Assembly (NCBI RefSeq): GCF_009914755.1
Contig: NC_060927.1
DNA length: 64,000 nt
DNA from: the human T2T-CHM13v2.0 reference genome, Homo sapiens
Direction: 5' to 3' (one strand)
Within the stretch, counting starts at the first letter, position 1; every line of letters starts with the position of its first letter. The notes below the pieces were generated by a model. The model saw only the letters and a list, made by a program, of their open reading frames with translations. It was not told where the DNA came from and made no database searches. The translations under genes and the position numbers were made by a program. Positions 14,925 to 28,448 of this stretch are shown one piece after another.

Positions 14925-15337
14925 GTTATTAGGCCATTCTTGCATTGCTATAGAGAAATACCTGAGACTGGGCAATTTATAAAGAAAAAAGGTTTAATTG
15001 GCTTATGATTCTGCAGATTGACAGGAGGCATGGTGCTGGCATCTGCTCAGCTTCTGGGGAGGCCTCAGGAAACTTACAATTATGGTGGAAGGTAAGTCTT
15101 ACACAGCAGTAGTAGGAGCAAGAGAGAGAAGGGAGAGGGGCTACACACTCTTAAACAACCAGATCTCATGAGAACTCACCTACTGTCAATAACACAGTAC
15201 CAAGAGGGATGAAGCTAAACCATTCATGAGAAACCCACCCCCATGATCCAGTTACCTCCCACCAGGCCCCACCTCCAACATTGGGGATTACAATTTGACA
15301 TGAGATTTAGGTAGGGACACATTTCCAAATTATATCA
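14925..15337 (-). mobile_element. MSTA/MSTB MaLR solo LTR
   Basis: tattaggccattcttgcattgctata...gagactgggcaatttataaagaaaaaaggtttaattggct...gggacacatttccaaattatatca. Confidence 0.9.
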
Positions 15338-16679
15338 CCTAATAGTACCCAATTGGATCAAACACATTTCAGAAGCTGTTTCAGCAAAGATTTAGAACAA
15401 AGCAACTCCCTCAGCCTATGGGAATAGCATGTCAAACCTTAAGGAGAAGGTAAGGCATCTTTTTTATTAAATTTCAGGCTGGAAATTCTTTCATGAGTCA
15501 AGTTTTTGTTGCTTTTTTTTTTTTTAACAGCTTCCTGTTTCATCCAACCAGCCACTACTTTAACCAAGTTTAGCATAATTGCCAAAAGAGAAATTCCTCA
15601 AACCATCAGCAGCATTAATTAGCTTTGACTGTAACTTTTCAAGAACAAATTGTCATCATGTAGGGCAGCAAGTTCCACAGTTTCTCTGTGAAGAAAAAAA
15701 TTAGGCAGCATCTGAAGGGAACGTCAAAAATGAATTCTCTACTCAAGGCTTACTTTCATGGACAGCATAGATCTAACCTGTTGACTTGAACATCGCTTAG
15801 TATCAGCAAGTAATAAAAGGGGAAAGAAAGGAAGCAGAAAACATAAAGAAAGGTGGGGGAAAGGGAAAGCAAAGACCAGTGAAAAGATCAATTTGAACAT
15901 AGGATGTTTATGCTAAATAGATTATCAGTTTCCAGGAGCCTTGCAGATCCAGGTATTTAATATATCTACATTATGTATTGACAGAAAAGTCATGCCCATG
16001 GATGCTTGGTATTCATTATAGTAGTATTTGTATCTCATATCATTATAAAGAGAAAATGAAACAACTTACTATAAATACATTAAATTAATGGATATAATTG
16101 GGGAGAGAGTTGGGGTTTGTTTGATTGAGTGGATATATTAGCCATTAAACAGAATGGAGAAAGCAACTCTCCCTCCAAGTCAAAATAGGTTGCTAAAAGG
16201 ATGAGATTCAAGAAAAGTAAGAGATGATGCCTTTCCAACTCAATGACATTAGGAATAGTGTTCACGACACATGGTCCTCTGTTTAATGAGAATAGCTACT
16301 TACCATCATGACTTCCAGAAAAAAAAAAAAAAAAGGGTCAAGAGCTCTGGCTCAAGGAGGCAGGATCTAGGCTTTAAGTCCCTAGAGGGTAGGCACTATG
16401 GCCATCTGCCTTCACTCCTGAATTACTGGCACATAGTAAAAGTCTTGGAATGTCACAAATATTCAGTAGACAAGAGTCAATGACCCAGACAGCTAGGAAA
16501 GAATTCCCCTAAAAGTCAGCCCATATTCCCAAGACCTGGGGAATTTGAAGGAATTGGAAGATGTAAGAAAAAATAAATAAATAAAAACATGCTCTGTAGG
16601 AAAAGAAATTAAGAGTTGTAGATTATGAAGTGATGATTTGAATAGATTTTGCAGACTGAAGATTCTTGGGTATTGCTAA

Positions 16680-16955
<276 letters not shown>

Positions 16956-16995
16956 CCCCCTGTTTTTTTTTAACAAATGAGAAATAAGAAAAGTG

Positions 16996-17075
16996 GATAT
17001 GTATATATATGTGTAAATATGTATATATGTGTAAATATATATGTATATATGTATAAAATACATCTATATCTAGTA
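16996..17075. repeat. (TA)/(TATATG)-rich simple repeat
   Basis: atatgtatatatatgtgtaaatatgtatatatgtgtaaatatat... Confidence 0.9.
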
Positions 17076-18669
17076 TAGAGTATTAGAATTAAATTTCTTA
17101 ATTACTTTGTGAATAGACTGCTTACCCTGTGTTTCAAATGTTATACAGAATTTTAGTATAGTTGATTCTGATACCCTGAAATACTCCATGAAACAAATTG
17201 CTTGGTGAAATTGATACAAAATTAAATAGATCATGATCATAAAATTGTTGTTTCACTCTGTACCAAGGAAAATTAAATAGAGATAAAAGTGGAGTAAATA
17301 AGTAGCATACACAGACCATGACCAGAAAATGCACACATTCATGCCACCACTCTCGGATTCCCACTGATGGCAGAGTAAGGAATCCATCACAGCTCTCTCC
17401 CATTTGAGTATGCGTGCTACACCTAACTCTCTGGCTGGTGCTCTAGACATCTGTAAATAACTGATTGGGATTACTGTGGAGGTTAAAACTTCATCACAAT
17501 CCCAGACTTTAGCCGTAAGATCTAAGTAACTGCTAAAATAAAGCAACCCACATATTTAGCGCTATGCTTTCTAGTAGCCCAGCAAAAAAAAAAAAAAAAA
17601 AAAAAAAAGTATGCTGTGTAGTTTTTATTGGCAAAAAAGATAAAATCAAAAGTTTCTAAAGGAAGCAAATGATTTTTAAAAAATATTTTTTCTATAAAAT
17701 AAATTTCCGACGCAGGCTTTTTTTTATAGGGACACAATATTTTCAAAAATATTTCTATAGAAAATGTAACAGGTTTCATATCGTCTTAGAATATCATTCA
17801 GTTGACCAACATATGATATGAGAGCATTGCATTTTGACCTCTGGATCCAGAGGCTGTGCAAATTCAAGGAGAGAGCAGAGAACATTTAGAGAAATAATTG
17901 GCTTCTGTGTCCTTCAAACACCACTTCTCTCACTATATTTTTGATAACAGTTTGATATCTGCAAACTGCTATTCCCTATTTTTTATTCTCATTAGAGATT
18001 ACATTGCTATTTTTTAATAGAAAATAAAGGGCACAATCAAGATTTCTCAAGGAATTCTTCCTTGCAGGAAGGTGGGTGATGAAAAACCTTATCGATTTCA
18101 AAAGAGTTATTGAACACTTAAAATGTAGCAACTGCTGTGGTAGCCACCACAGGAACAAAGATAAACAAAACAAAAATTCAGGATGTTGATGAGTTAAAGA
18201 ATGAATGAAGATGAGTAAATGCAGACCCAGTGAAACACAGATTACTCTTGCAAGACACTTGACCTCAAAGAAAAGGAGCAATAGTTAAAGGTGAATGCAA
18301 GTCAGGTTCACTTAAATCATATTATGGAAATGCCCAAAACATAAAATTACCAATCTGTCCAAATTATATCCTCAATGTCTGTGATGCCCTAGCCTCTAGC
18401 ATCACAGTGTCCTAGTATGAAATCATAAAAGTGACAATTTAAAAAATAATAATAAAAGACAATATATTTAAAACAAGGTATCCTTTGAGCAGAAGCTAGC
18501 TATGCAATTATTTACATTGTAATACTCTCAAAATAGTGTGAGTTGGAACTAAGCATAATAAAAAATGATCCTCAAGAGAATAATATTCAAAGAATAAAAT
18601 GACATCTATACTGTTACATTAAAAAGTACACCTCAGAAAGCATAAGTTTTATCTGGTCCAGTCTCTTCA

Positions 18670-19930
18670 TTTTTTAAAATTTAATTTTTTTATAGATTTA
18701 GGAGGCATAAGTACAGTTCTATTATTATATGGTTATATTGCATAATGGTGAAGTCTGGGCTTTTAGTGTAATCATCACCCAAATAGTGTCCATTATACCC
18801 AATAGGCAGTTTACTTCTCATCCCCTACCCCTCTCTCACCTGCCACCTTTTGGAGTCTTCAATGTCTATTATTCTACTTTGTATGTACATGTGTACACAT
18901 TGTTTAGTTCCCACTTAAAAGTAAGAATATGTGATATTTGACTTTGTTTCTGAGTTATTTCACTTACGATAATAGCTTCCAGTTTCACGTTGCTGCAAAA
19001 GACATGATTTTATCATTTTATGGCTGAGTAGTAATCTATGGTTTATATATACCACATTTTCTTTATTCAATCATACATGATGGACACAGGTTGATTCCAT
19101 GACTTTGCTATTGTGAATAGCGCTTCTATAAGCATATGATTGCTGATGTCTTTTTTACATAATAATTTGTTTTCTTTTGGGTAGAAACCCAGCAGTGAGA
19201 TTGCCTCATGGAATGGTAATTCTACTTTTAGTTATTTGAGAAACTTTGTTTTCCACAGAGGCAGTACTGATCTACATTCACACCAACAGTGTATAAGTGT
19301 TTCCTTTTGTCTGCATCTTTGCCAACATCTGTTATTTTTTTGACATTTTAATAGTAGTCATTCTGAATGGTATAAGATGATATCTCATTATGCTTTTAAT
19401 TTACATTTCTCTGATGATTAGTGATGTTGAGCATTTTCTCATATGTTTCTTGGCCACTTGAATGTCTTCTTTTGAAAATGTCTGTTCCTGTCCTTCGCTC
19501 ACTTCTTAATGAGGCTGTTTTTTTCTTACTGAGTTGTTTGAGATCTTTGTATATTCTGGATATTAGTCCTTTTTATTTAATACTGTGGAAAAGTGATGTT
19601 GGTAAATTGATAGGAATTTCATTGAATCCATAGATAACTTTGGGTGATATGGTCATTTTAATGATATTGATTCTTCCAATCCATGAGCATGTGATTCTTT
19701 CCATTTTTTTGTATCATCTATAATTTATTTCACAGTATTTTACAGTTCTCCTTGTAGAGATCCTTCACCTGCTTGCTTAAAGGTATTACTAGGTACTTTT
19801 TTCTGTAGCTATTGTAAATGGGATTGAGCCCTCGATTTGGTTCTCTGCTTTATTGTTATTGGTGTATAGAAATGCTAATGATTTTTGCACATTGAATTTG
19901 GATCCTGAAACTTTACTGTTCATTTAAATA
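18670..19930 (-). mobile_element. L1 3' fragment (L1PB-like) with an internal deletion near 19575
   Basis: atattgcataatggtgaagtctgggcttttagtgtaatcatcaccc 3'UTR signature, followed by reverse ORF2 sequence. Confidence 0.88.
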
Positions 19931-20185
19931 TAATTCTTAGAAGATGACATTCCTGCTCTATTGCTTTCTACCTGCCTGAATAGTCTTATATTTATTGAAT
20001 ACTGAACTTTCAAGGAATTTTAAGAGGTAAAGTCCTGGACCTTCCTTAGAAAAGAGAAAGAAGAATGGAGGCTAGTCTTTAAAGATTTGCATTTTCAGGA
20101 CAAAAATACAGCTTGGGATGAATTATACAAAGACTTCTGAGTGTTCCATGGGATAATGTGACATATTAAAAAATATGAAAATCCT

Positions 20186-20520
20186 ATCATATTGGCTTTC
20201 CATTGTTATAATAATAAATTACCACAAATGTAGTGGCTTAAAACAATAGAAATTTATTATCTTACAGTCTTGGAGGCTAGAAGTGTGAAGTCAGTTTCAT
20301 TTGGCTTAAGTCAAGATGTCAGCAGAGCCATGCTCCCTCTGGAAACTCAGGGAAGAATTAGTTTCACTTCCTTTTCCAGGTTCTAAAGATCACCTGCATT
20401 CCTTGGCTTGTGACCTCTTTCTCCATCTTGAAAGCTAGCAGCATAGCATCTTCAAATGTCTCTCTGCTTCCATCACATTCCCTTCTTCTGTGTAGCAAAA
20501 TTTCAATCACTGTCTTTCTC
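20186..20520 (-). mobile_element. MLT1C/D MaLR LTR, first piece
   Basis: aaattaccacaaatgtagtggcttaaaacaatagaaatttattatcttacagtcttggaggctagaag...ccttggcttgtgacctc. Confidence 0.85.
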
Positions 20521-21089
20521 TCTCTCCCCGCCCCCTCCCCCCGCCTCCCTCTTAGCAACAATGTTTTATTGAGCAACGTATTAAGCACTGTATTAGTTCC
20601 CATGGATACAGAGTGAGTGAAATCAACATGATTCCTTCCTTCAGGAAGCAGAGGTCATGCCTGGGACAAGTAATTCCCAAATATTTCTTTAGAAAATGTA
20701 ATCTGTTCCTTACCAACTGTATCTTGATCATATCTTTTTTGGAATTGAATATTGTTTTCACATTCTTCTTTTTTCTTAAAATCATCCGTTTCTTCTGTGC
20801 TTTCTTCTCTTTTGCTTTTAAATCAACATTTTCAAAAACCTTTACTTGACTCTGCTGGCTTATGTAACGTCATCTTCTTTCCTTTGCTACAGTGAGAGAA
20901 GTGGTCTGAATTTGGTTTCCTAACTTCTCATCATCCTTTAACTTCTGCAGTCCCACTTGTTCCTGATTCTCAAATTACACTTTCTCCCGTGGTCATCAGA
21001 GACCTTTCCTTAGTCTTCCCTGTGGAATCTGATGTCATTCACACTGCTCCCTCCCCAACATGTAAACTTCCCCTCTTCTCCCAGAATAC

Positions 21090-21158
21090 TTTTTAAAATT
21101 ATTGTGGTAAGATCACTTAATATGTCTATCCTCTCAACACATTTTTAAAAATACAATA
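21090..21158 (-). mobile_element. Short L1MA/MB 3'-end fragment
   Basis: ttttaaaattattgtggtaagatcacttaatatgtctatcctctcaacacattttt...tacaata resembles the recalled L1MA9/MB terminus. Confidence 0.6.
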
Positions 21159-21576
21159 CAATTGACCCTTGAAAAACATGGGGGTTCAGAGTGTCAATCC
21201 CCCCAAAACACAGTCAAAAATCCATGTAAAACTTTTGACTCTTCCAAAACATAACTACTAATAGCCTACTGTTGACTGGAAGCCTTATCCATAACATAAA
21301 TAGTTGATTCACACATATTTTATATGTTATATCTGTATTCTTACAATAAAGTAAGCTGGACAAAAGAAAATGGTATTAAGAAGATTATAAGGACAAAAAC
21401 ATATTTACTATTCATGAAGTGAAAGTGGATCATGCTCATCTTCACACTGAGTAGACTGAGGAGGAGGAGGAAGAAGAGGGGTTGGTCTTGTTGTCTCAGT
21501 GGTAGTAAAGGCAAACGAAAATCTGCATCTAAGTAGACCTGCACAGTTCAAACCCATGTTATTCAAATATCAATTG
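21159..21576. mobile_element. Tigger2-family (Tigger2a-like) non-autonomous DNA transposon
   Basis: TIRs caattgacccttgaaaaacatggg ... cccatgttattcaaatatcaattg; TA on the left flank, TG on the right. Confidence 0.88.
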
Positions 21577-21589
21577 TGCATTACATTTT

Positions 21590-21752
21590 TGCCTTTCTCC
21601 TATAAGGACACTTGTGATTACATTAAGGGCCCACCCACAAAGTACAAGATAATCACACTATCTCAAGATCCTTACCTTAAACAGATCTGCAATAAGGTAA
21701 TATTCACAGGTTCTATCTAACACATAGATACCTTTGGGGGCCACCTACCACA
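21590..21752 (-). mobile_element. MLT1C/D MaLR LTR, second piece (continues 20186-20520)
   Basis: tataaggacacttgtgattacattaagggcccaccc...tctcaagatcctta...aaggtaatattcacagg. Confidence 0.8.
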
Positions 21753-24112
21753 CTTATCAAGGGAAACACATATTTCAAAAATCCATTGAGATTGTTCCAA
21801 ATAACATGTATGTTCCACAGAACATATTCCTACTGTGTTATGATGGAGATGATATAATACAAATAGCAAAAGGTAATGGTGGATTGATTTAATATATTAG
21901 AATGTTCATGCATTATTCTTTGCCATTTAACCAAGTCATCTCACCTAGTATATAAACATAAGTAAATTATAAGAAGGAAATAAAGAAATAAATATGAGAA
22001 AAAAACCTCAATTGGTAGATGATGAAATGAGACCCATATAATTCATAAATTGCTCAAGTGCATATATTCACAGTATAGTATCAGCAAACTTGAATTCAAG
22101 GCAATTGACAACACATCCCAGAGGGTTTCTTGTATTATCAGCAAAATTATTTTTGTTCTTCAGTAATTTTATTCTAGTTACCAAAATGATCTATTAGAAA
22201 AATATTCTGGAAAGCACAAAGAATAACAATAATAATTATTCATAATTCTACCATTCAAAGATAAACAGAGTTAGCATCACAGAGAATATCTTTCTTCTAA
22301 TTATATGTATATTTATATCTTTATATAAATATACACACACTTGGAATCATAATGTACAAACTTAAAAGTTACTTTTTTTCACTCCACAATATAATGAACA
22401 TTTTCTCCTATATTCTTCTACAACACACTTTTTAACAGCTACATTAATATTCTACAAGGTGGCTGCACCATAATTTATTTATATAATGCTTTATTGTTGA
22501 AAACAGCTTTTTTTGTTCTTATCCATTGTTGCAATAACACTCATGCATATGCCTGGTTATTTGTTCTAAATAGCCTAGAAGTAAAATTGTTGGGTCATGG
22601 GATATAAATAATCTGTTTTCCATGCTTATTCCTACCCATTCTTCTAGAACCACATTTCACATCATGGTCTCTGTCATGCATTTGCTGATCCACTGTCCAT
22701 TCCCAATCCACAGGCAGAAGCAGCATCACTTTGTACATTCCTACAGTGTACATTATAGCTGCCTCTACATACTAAACATAGAGTACACCATTATATTATT
22801 TTTAATTTTTTATTTTCTTGGGTACATAGTAGGTGTACATATTTATGGGGTACATGAGATATTTTAATACAAGCATGTAATGCATAATAATCACATCAGA
22901 GTAAATGGGGTATCCATCACCTGAAGCATTTATCCTTTGTGTTACAATCTAATTGTACGCTTTTAGTTATTTTTAAATGTACAATTAAATTATTTTTTAA
23001 AATAGTCACCCTGTTGTGCTAGCAAATACTAGGTCTTATATTATACATTTTTTCAAACTATGTTTTGTACCCATTAACCATCCCCGCTTGTCCCCTACCC
23101 ACTCCTCTCTACCACCCTTCCCAGTCTCTGGTAATTATGCTTCTACTGTCTATCTCCATGAGTTCAATTGTTTTAATTTTTAGCTCCCACAAATGAGTGA
23201 GAACAAGTGAAGTTTGTCTTTCTCTGCCTGGCTTATTTCACTTAACATGGTAACCTCCAGTTTCATCCATGTTGTTGCAAATGACAGGATCTCATTTTAT
23301 TTTTTGATGGCTGAATAGTACTTCATTGTGTATATGTACCAAACTTTCTTTACCAATTCATCTGTTGATGGACACTTAGGTTACTTCCAAATCTTGGAAT
23401 ATTCACTATTGTGAGTAGCACTGCAATAAACAGAGTACAGGTATCTTTTGACATACTGATTTCCTTTCATTTGGGTATATATCTAGTAGCTGCATTGCCA
23501 GATCATATGGTACTTCTATTTTCAGTTTTTTTGAAGAATCTCTAAACGGTTTTCCATAGTGGTTGTAATAATTCATATTCCCACCAACAGTGTATGAGGG
23601 TTCCCGTTTCTGGACATTCCTGCCAGCATTTGTTATTGCCTGTCTATTGGGTATAAGCCATTTTAACTGGGGAAGATAATATCACACTGTAGTCTTGATT
23701 TGCATTTCTCTGATGATCAGTGATGTTGAGCACCTTTTCATATACCTATTCACCCTTTACATGTCTCCTTTTGAGAAATGTCTATAGAGATCTTTTGCCC
23801 ATTTTTTAAATGAATTATTAGATTTTTTTTTTTGTATAGACTTGTTTGAGCTCTTTATCCATTCTGGTTATTAATCCCTTGTCAGATGGATAGTTTGCAA
23901 ATATTTTCTTCCATGTTTTGGGTTGTCTCTTTACTTCGTTGATTGTTCCCTTTGTTATGCAAACGTTTTTTAACTTAATGTGAACCATTAACCATTAATC
24001 ATTGTCCATTTTTGCTTTCATCGCCTCTGCTTATGGAGTATTACTCAAGAAATCCGTGCCCAGTCCAATGTCCTGGAGAGTGTCCTCAAGTTTCCTTGAA
24101 GTAGTTTCATAG

Positions 24113-24448
<336 letters not shown>

Positions 24449-25084
24449 GATTCTATTTTTGCATAAGGTGAGAGATAGGGGTCTAGTTTCACTCTTCTCC
24501 CTATGGATATCCAGTTTTCCCCAGTGCCATTTATTGAAGAGACTGTCCTTTCTGCAGTGTATGCTCTTGGAAACTGTAAAAAATGAATTCACTGTAGATG
24601 TATGGATTTATTTCTGGGTTCTCTATTCCATTCCACTAGTATATGTGTTTGTTTCTATGCCAGTACCATGCCATTTTGGTTACTATAGCTTTGCAGTATA
24701 ATTTGAAGTCAGGTAATGTGATCTTGCCAGTTTTGTTCCTTTTGCTTAGGATAGCTTTGTCTATTCTGGTTTTTTTGTGGTTCCATATACATTTTAGGAT
24801 TTTTTTTTTTCTATTTCTGTGAAGAGTATCCTTGGTACTTTCACAGGGATTGCATTAATTCTGTAGATTGCCTTGGGTAGAACAGACATTTTAACAATAT
24901 TGATTCTTCCAATCCATGAACATGGAATATTTTTCCATTTTTTAAATATGTCCTCTTCAATTTCTTTCATTAGTTTTTTATAGTTTCTATTGTAGAGATC
25001 TTTCACTTATTTAGTTAATTCCTAGGTAGTTAATCTTACTGGTACCTACTGTAAATGGGATAATGGGATTACTTTTCTTGGGTT

Positions 25085-25393
25085 CTTTTTTTTTTTTCTT
25101 TTTCCTAAGTGAGACAAGGTCTCACCCTGTTGCCCAGGCTGGAGTGCAGTGGCATGACCAGGGCTCACTGAAACCTAGACTTCCTGGGTTTAAGCAAACC
25201 TCCCACCTCAGCACCCCCAAGTAGCTAAAACTATAAGTATGTGCCAACACACCTGGCTAACTTTTTAAAATTTTAGTATGGACAAGGTCTCACTATGTTT
25301 CCCAGGCTGGTCTTAAAGTTCTGAGCTCAAGCGATCCTCCTACCTTGGCCTCTCAAAGTGTGGGATTATAGGCATAAGCAACCATACCTGGCT
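25085..25393 (-). mobile_element. AluJ inside L1
   Basis: gagacaaggtctcaccctgttgcccaggctggagtgcagtggc...ctgagctcaagcgatcctcc; flanked by ttcttttt repeats. Confidence 0.93.
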
Positions 25394-25665
25394 CTTCTTT
25401 TTCACATTGTTCACTGTTGGCATATACCAGTGCTATTGTTTTTTGTATGCTGATTTTATATCTTGCAATTTTACTGAATTTATCAGTTTTAATATTTTAA
25501 GGTGGAGTCTTTGGGTTTTTTACAAATATAAGATCATATCATCTGCAGAAAAAGGATAACTTGACTTCTTCCTCTCAAGTTTGGACACCCTTTATTTCTT
25601 TCTCTTGTCTGGCTACTCTAGGTAGGACTTCCAGTACTATGTTGAATAACAGTTATGAAAATGGG

Positions 25666-27912
25666 TGTATTAGTTCATTCTCATTATGCTATAAAGATAC
25701 ACCCAAGACTGAATAATTTATAAAGAAAAATGAGTTAAATGAACTTACAGTCTCACATAACTGGGGAAGCCTCACAATCATGGTGGAAGCAAAGGAGGAG
25801 CAAAAGCACGTCTTGCCATGGAGGCAGGCAAGAGAGCATGTGCAGGGGAACTACCCTTTATAAAACCATCAGATCTCATGAGACTTACTCACTATCCCAA
25901 GAACAGCATGGGAAAAACCCACCCCCATGATTCAATTACCTCCCACAGGGTCCCTCCCATGACACATGGGGAGCTAAAAATTCAAGATGAGATTTGGGTG
26001 GGGACAGAGCCAAACCATATCATTCCACCCCTGGCCCCTCCTGAATCTCATGTCCTCATATTTCAAAACCAATCATTCCTTCCCAACTGTTCCCCAAAGT
26101 CTTAATTCACTATAGCATTAACTCAAAAGTCCACAGTCCAAAGTCCCATCTGAAACAAGGCAAGTCCCTTTTGCCTATGAGCCTGTAAAATCAAAAGCAA
26201 GTTAGTTACTTCCTAGATACAATAAGGATACAGGCATTGGGTAAGCATACCCTTTTCAAATGGGAGAAACTGGCCAAAACAAAGGGGCTACAGGCCCCAT
26301 GAAAGTCTGAAATCCAATAGGGCAGTCATTAAACCTTAAAGTTCCAAAATGATCTCCTGTGACTCCATGTCTCACATCCAGGTCACACTGATGCAAGAGG
26401 TGAGTTCTCATGGTCTTGGGCAGCTCTGTCCCTGTGGCTTTACAGAGTACAGCCCCACTCCTGGGCTGTCCTTGAGTGTCTGCGACTTTTCCAGGCACAT
26501 GGTGCAAGCTGTGGTGAATCTACATTCTGGGGTTGGGAGGACGGTGGCCCTCATCTTCTCAAAGCTCCACTAGGTAGTGACCCAGTGAAGGCTGTGTGTG
26601 TGGGGGCTCCCACCCACATTTCCTTTCTGCCTTGCTCTAGCATAGGTTCTCCATGAGGGACACATGCCTGCAGCACACATCTGCCTGGACATCTGGGCAT
26701 TTTCATATATCCTCTGAAATCTAGGCAGAGGTTGCCAAACCTCATTTCTTGACTTCTGGGTACCTGCAGGCTCAATGCCACATGGAAGCCACCAAGGCTT
26801 GGGGCTTGCACCCTCTGAAGCAACAGCCCAAGCTGTACATTGACTCAGACACAGAGCACCAAGTCTGGAGACTGCACACAGCAGGGGGTCCCTGGACCCA
26901 GCCCAGGAAACCATTTTTCCTTCCTAGGTCTTCATGCCTATGATGGGAAGGGTGCCTTGAATGTCTCTGACATGCCCTGGAGTCATTTTCCCCATGTCTT
27001 GGTGAGTAACATTTGGTTCCTCATTACTTATGCAAATTTTTGCAGCTGGCTTGAATTTCTCCCCAGAAAATGGGGTTTTCCAAATTTTTGTGCTCTGCTT
27101 CCTCTTGAGTGCTTTGCCACTTAGAAATTTCTTCTGCCAGATACCCTAAATTATCTCTCTCAAAGTTCAAAGTTCCACAGATCTCTAGGGCAGGGGCAAA
27201 ATGCCACCAGTCTCTTTGCATAGTAAGAGTGACCTCTACTCCAGTTCCCAAGAAGTTTTTCATCTCCATCTGAGTCCACCTCAGCCTGGAATTTATTGTC
27301 CATATAACTATTAGCATTTTGGCCAAAGCCATTCAACAAGTCTAGGAAGTGGAAGTTCCCAACTTTCCCACATTTTCCTGTTTTCTGAGCCTCCAAGTCT
27401 CTAGGAAGTTCCAAACTTTCCCACATTTTACTGTCTTCTTCTGCGTCCTCCAAACTGTTCCAACCTTTGCCTGCTACTCAGTTACAACATGAATTCTACA
27501 TTTTCAGGTAACTTTATAGCAGCGCCCCACTACCTGGTACGAATTTACTGTATTAGTCCATTCTTGTGCTGCTATAAGGACATACCTAAGACTGGGTAAT
27601 TTATAAAGAAAAAGAGGTTTAATGGACTCACAGTTTCACATGGCTAGGGGAGGCTCACAATCATGGCAGAAGATGAAGGAGGAGCAAAGGTACATCTTAC
27701 ATGGTGGCAGGCAAGAAAGCATGTGCAGGAGAACTGCCCATTATAAAACCATCAGATCTCATGAGACTTATTCACTATCACGAGAACAACACAGGAAAAA
27801 CCCACCTCCATGATTCAATTACCTCCCCCTGGATCCCTCCCACAACAAGTGGAGATTGTAGGAGCTACAATTCAAGATGAGATTGGGGTGAGGACACAGC
27901 CAAACTATATCA
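25666..27912 (-). mobile_element. Complete THE1 (THE1C-like) MaLR element: LTR 25666-26022, internal 26023-27548, LTR 27549-27912
   Basis: Two similar ~360-bp LTRs (tgtattag...tatca); perfect 5-bp TSD atggg at 25661-25665 and 27913-27917; purine tract on the minus strand next to the left (3') LTR. Confidence 0.97.
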
Positions 27913-28308
27913 ATGGGCATTGTTGTCATGTTCCAAATCTCAGAGGAAAGGCTTTCAATTTTTCTCCATCAGTATCGCACTAGCTATGGGTCTGTCATAT
28001 GGCTTCTATTATTTTGAGGTATGTTCCTTCTATACCCAGTTTTTTGAGGGTTTTTATAATAAACAAAAGTTAAATTTTATCAGTACTCTTTCAGCATTAA
28101 TTGAAATAATCATATGGATTTGTTCATCATTCTACTGATATAATTTATTGCATTGTTTGCTTTGCATATGTTGAACCATCATTTCCTCACTTGCACAAAT
28201 TTCACTTAGTCATAATGAATGACCTTTTTAATGTATTATTCAATTCAGTTTGCTAGCATTTTGTTGAGTATTTTTGCTTCAATTTTCATCAGTGATCTTG
28301 GCCTTTAG

Positions 28309-28448
28309 TTTTCTTTTCTTTTCTTTCTCTCTCTTTCTTTCTCTCCCTCTTTTCTTTCTCCTTTCCCTTCCCTTCCCTTTTCTCTTTTTTTCTCTTTCTT
28401 TCTTTCTTTTTCTTTCTTTCTCTCTCTCTCTCTCTCTTTCTTTCTTTC
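28309..28448. repeat. Polypyrimidine (TTTC/TC)n simple repeat
   Basis: About 140 nt of C/T only. Confidence 0.95.

Noticed and set aside
17584-17608. Isolated 25-nt poly(A) run as a retrocopy tail
   Set aside because: No recognisable upstream element or convincing TSD; treated as a mononucleotide repeat.
25739-27813. Dense cluster of 60-114 aa ORFs
   Set aside because: All lie within THE1 LTR/internal sequence, fragmented over several frames; no intact retroviral gene.
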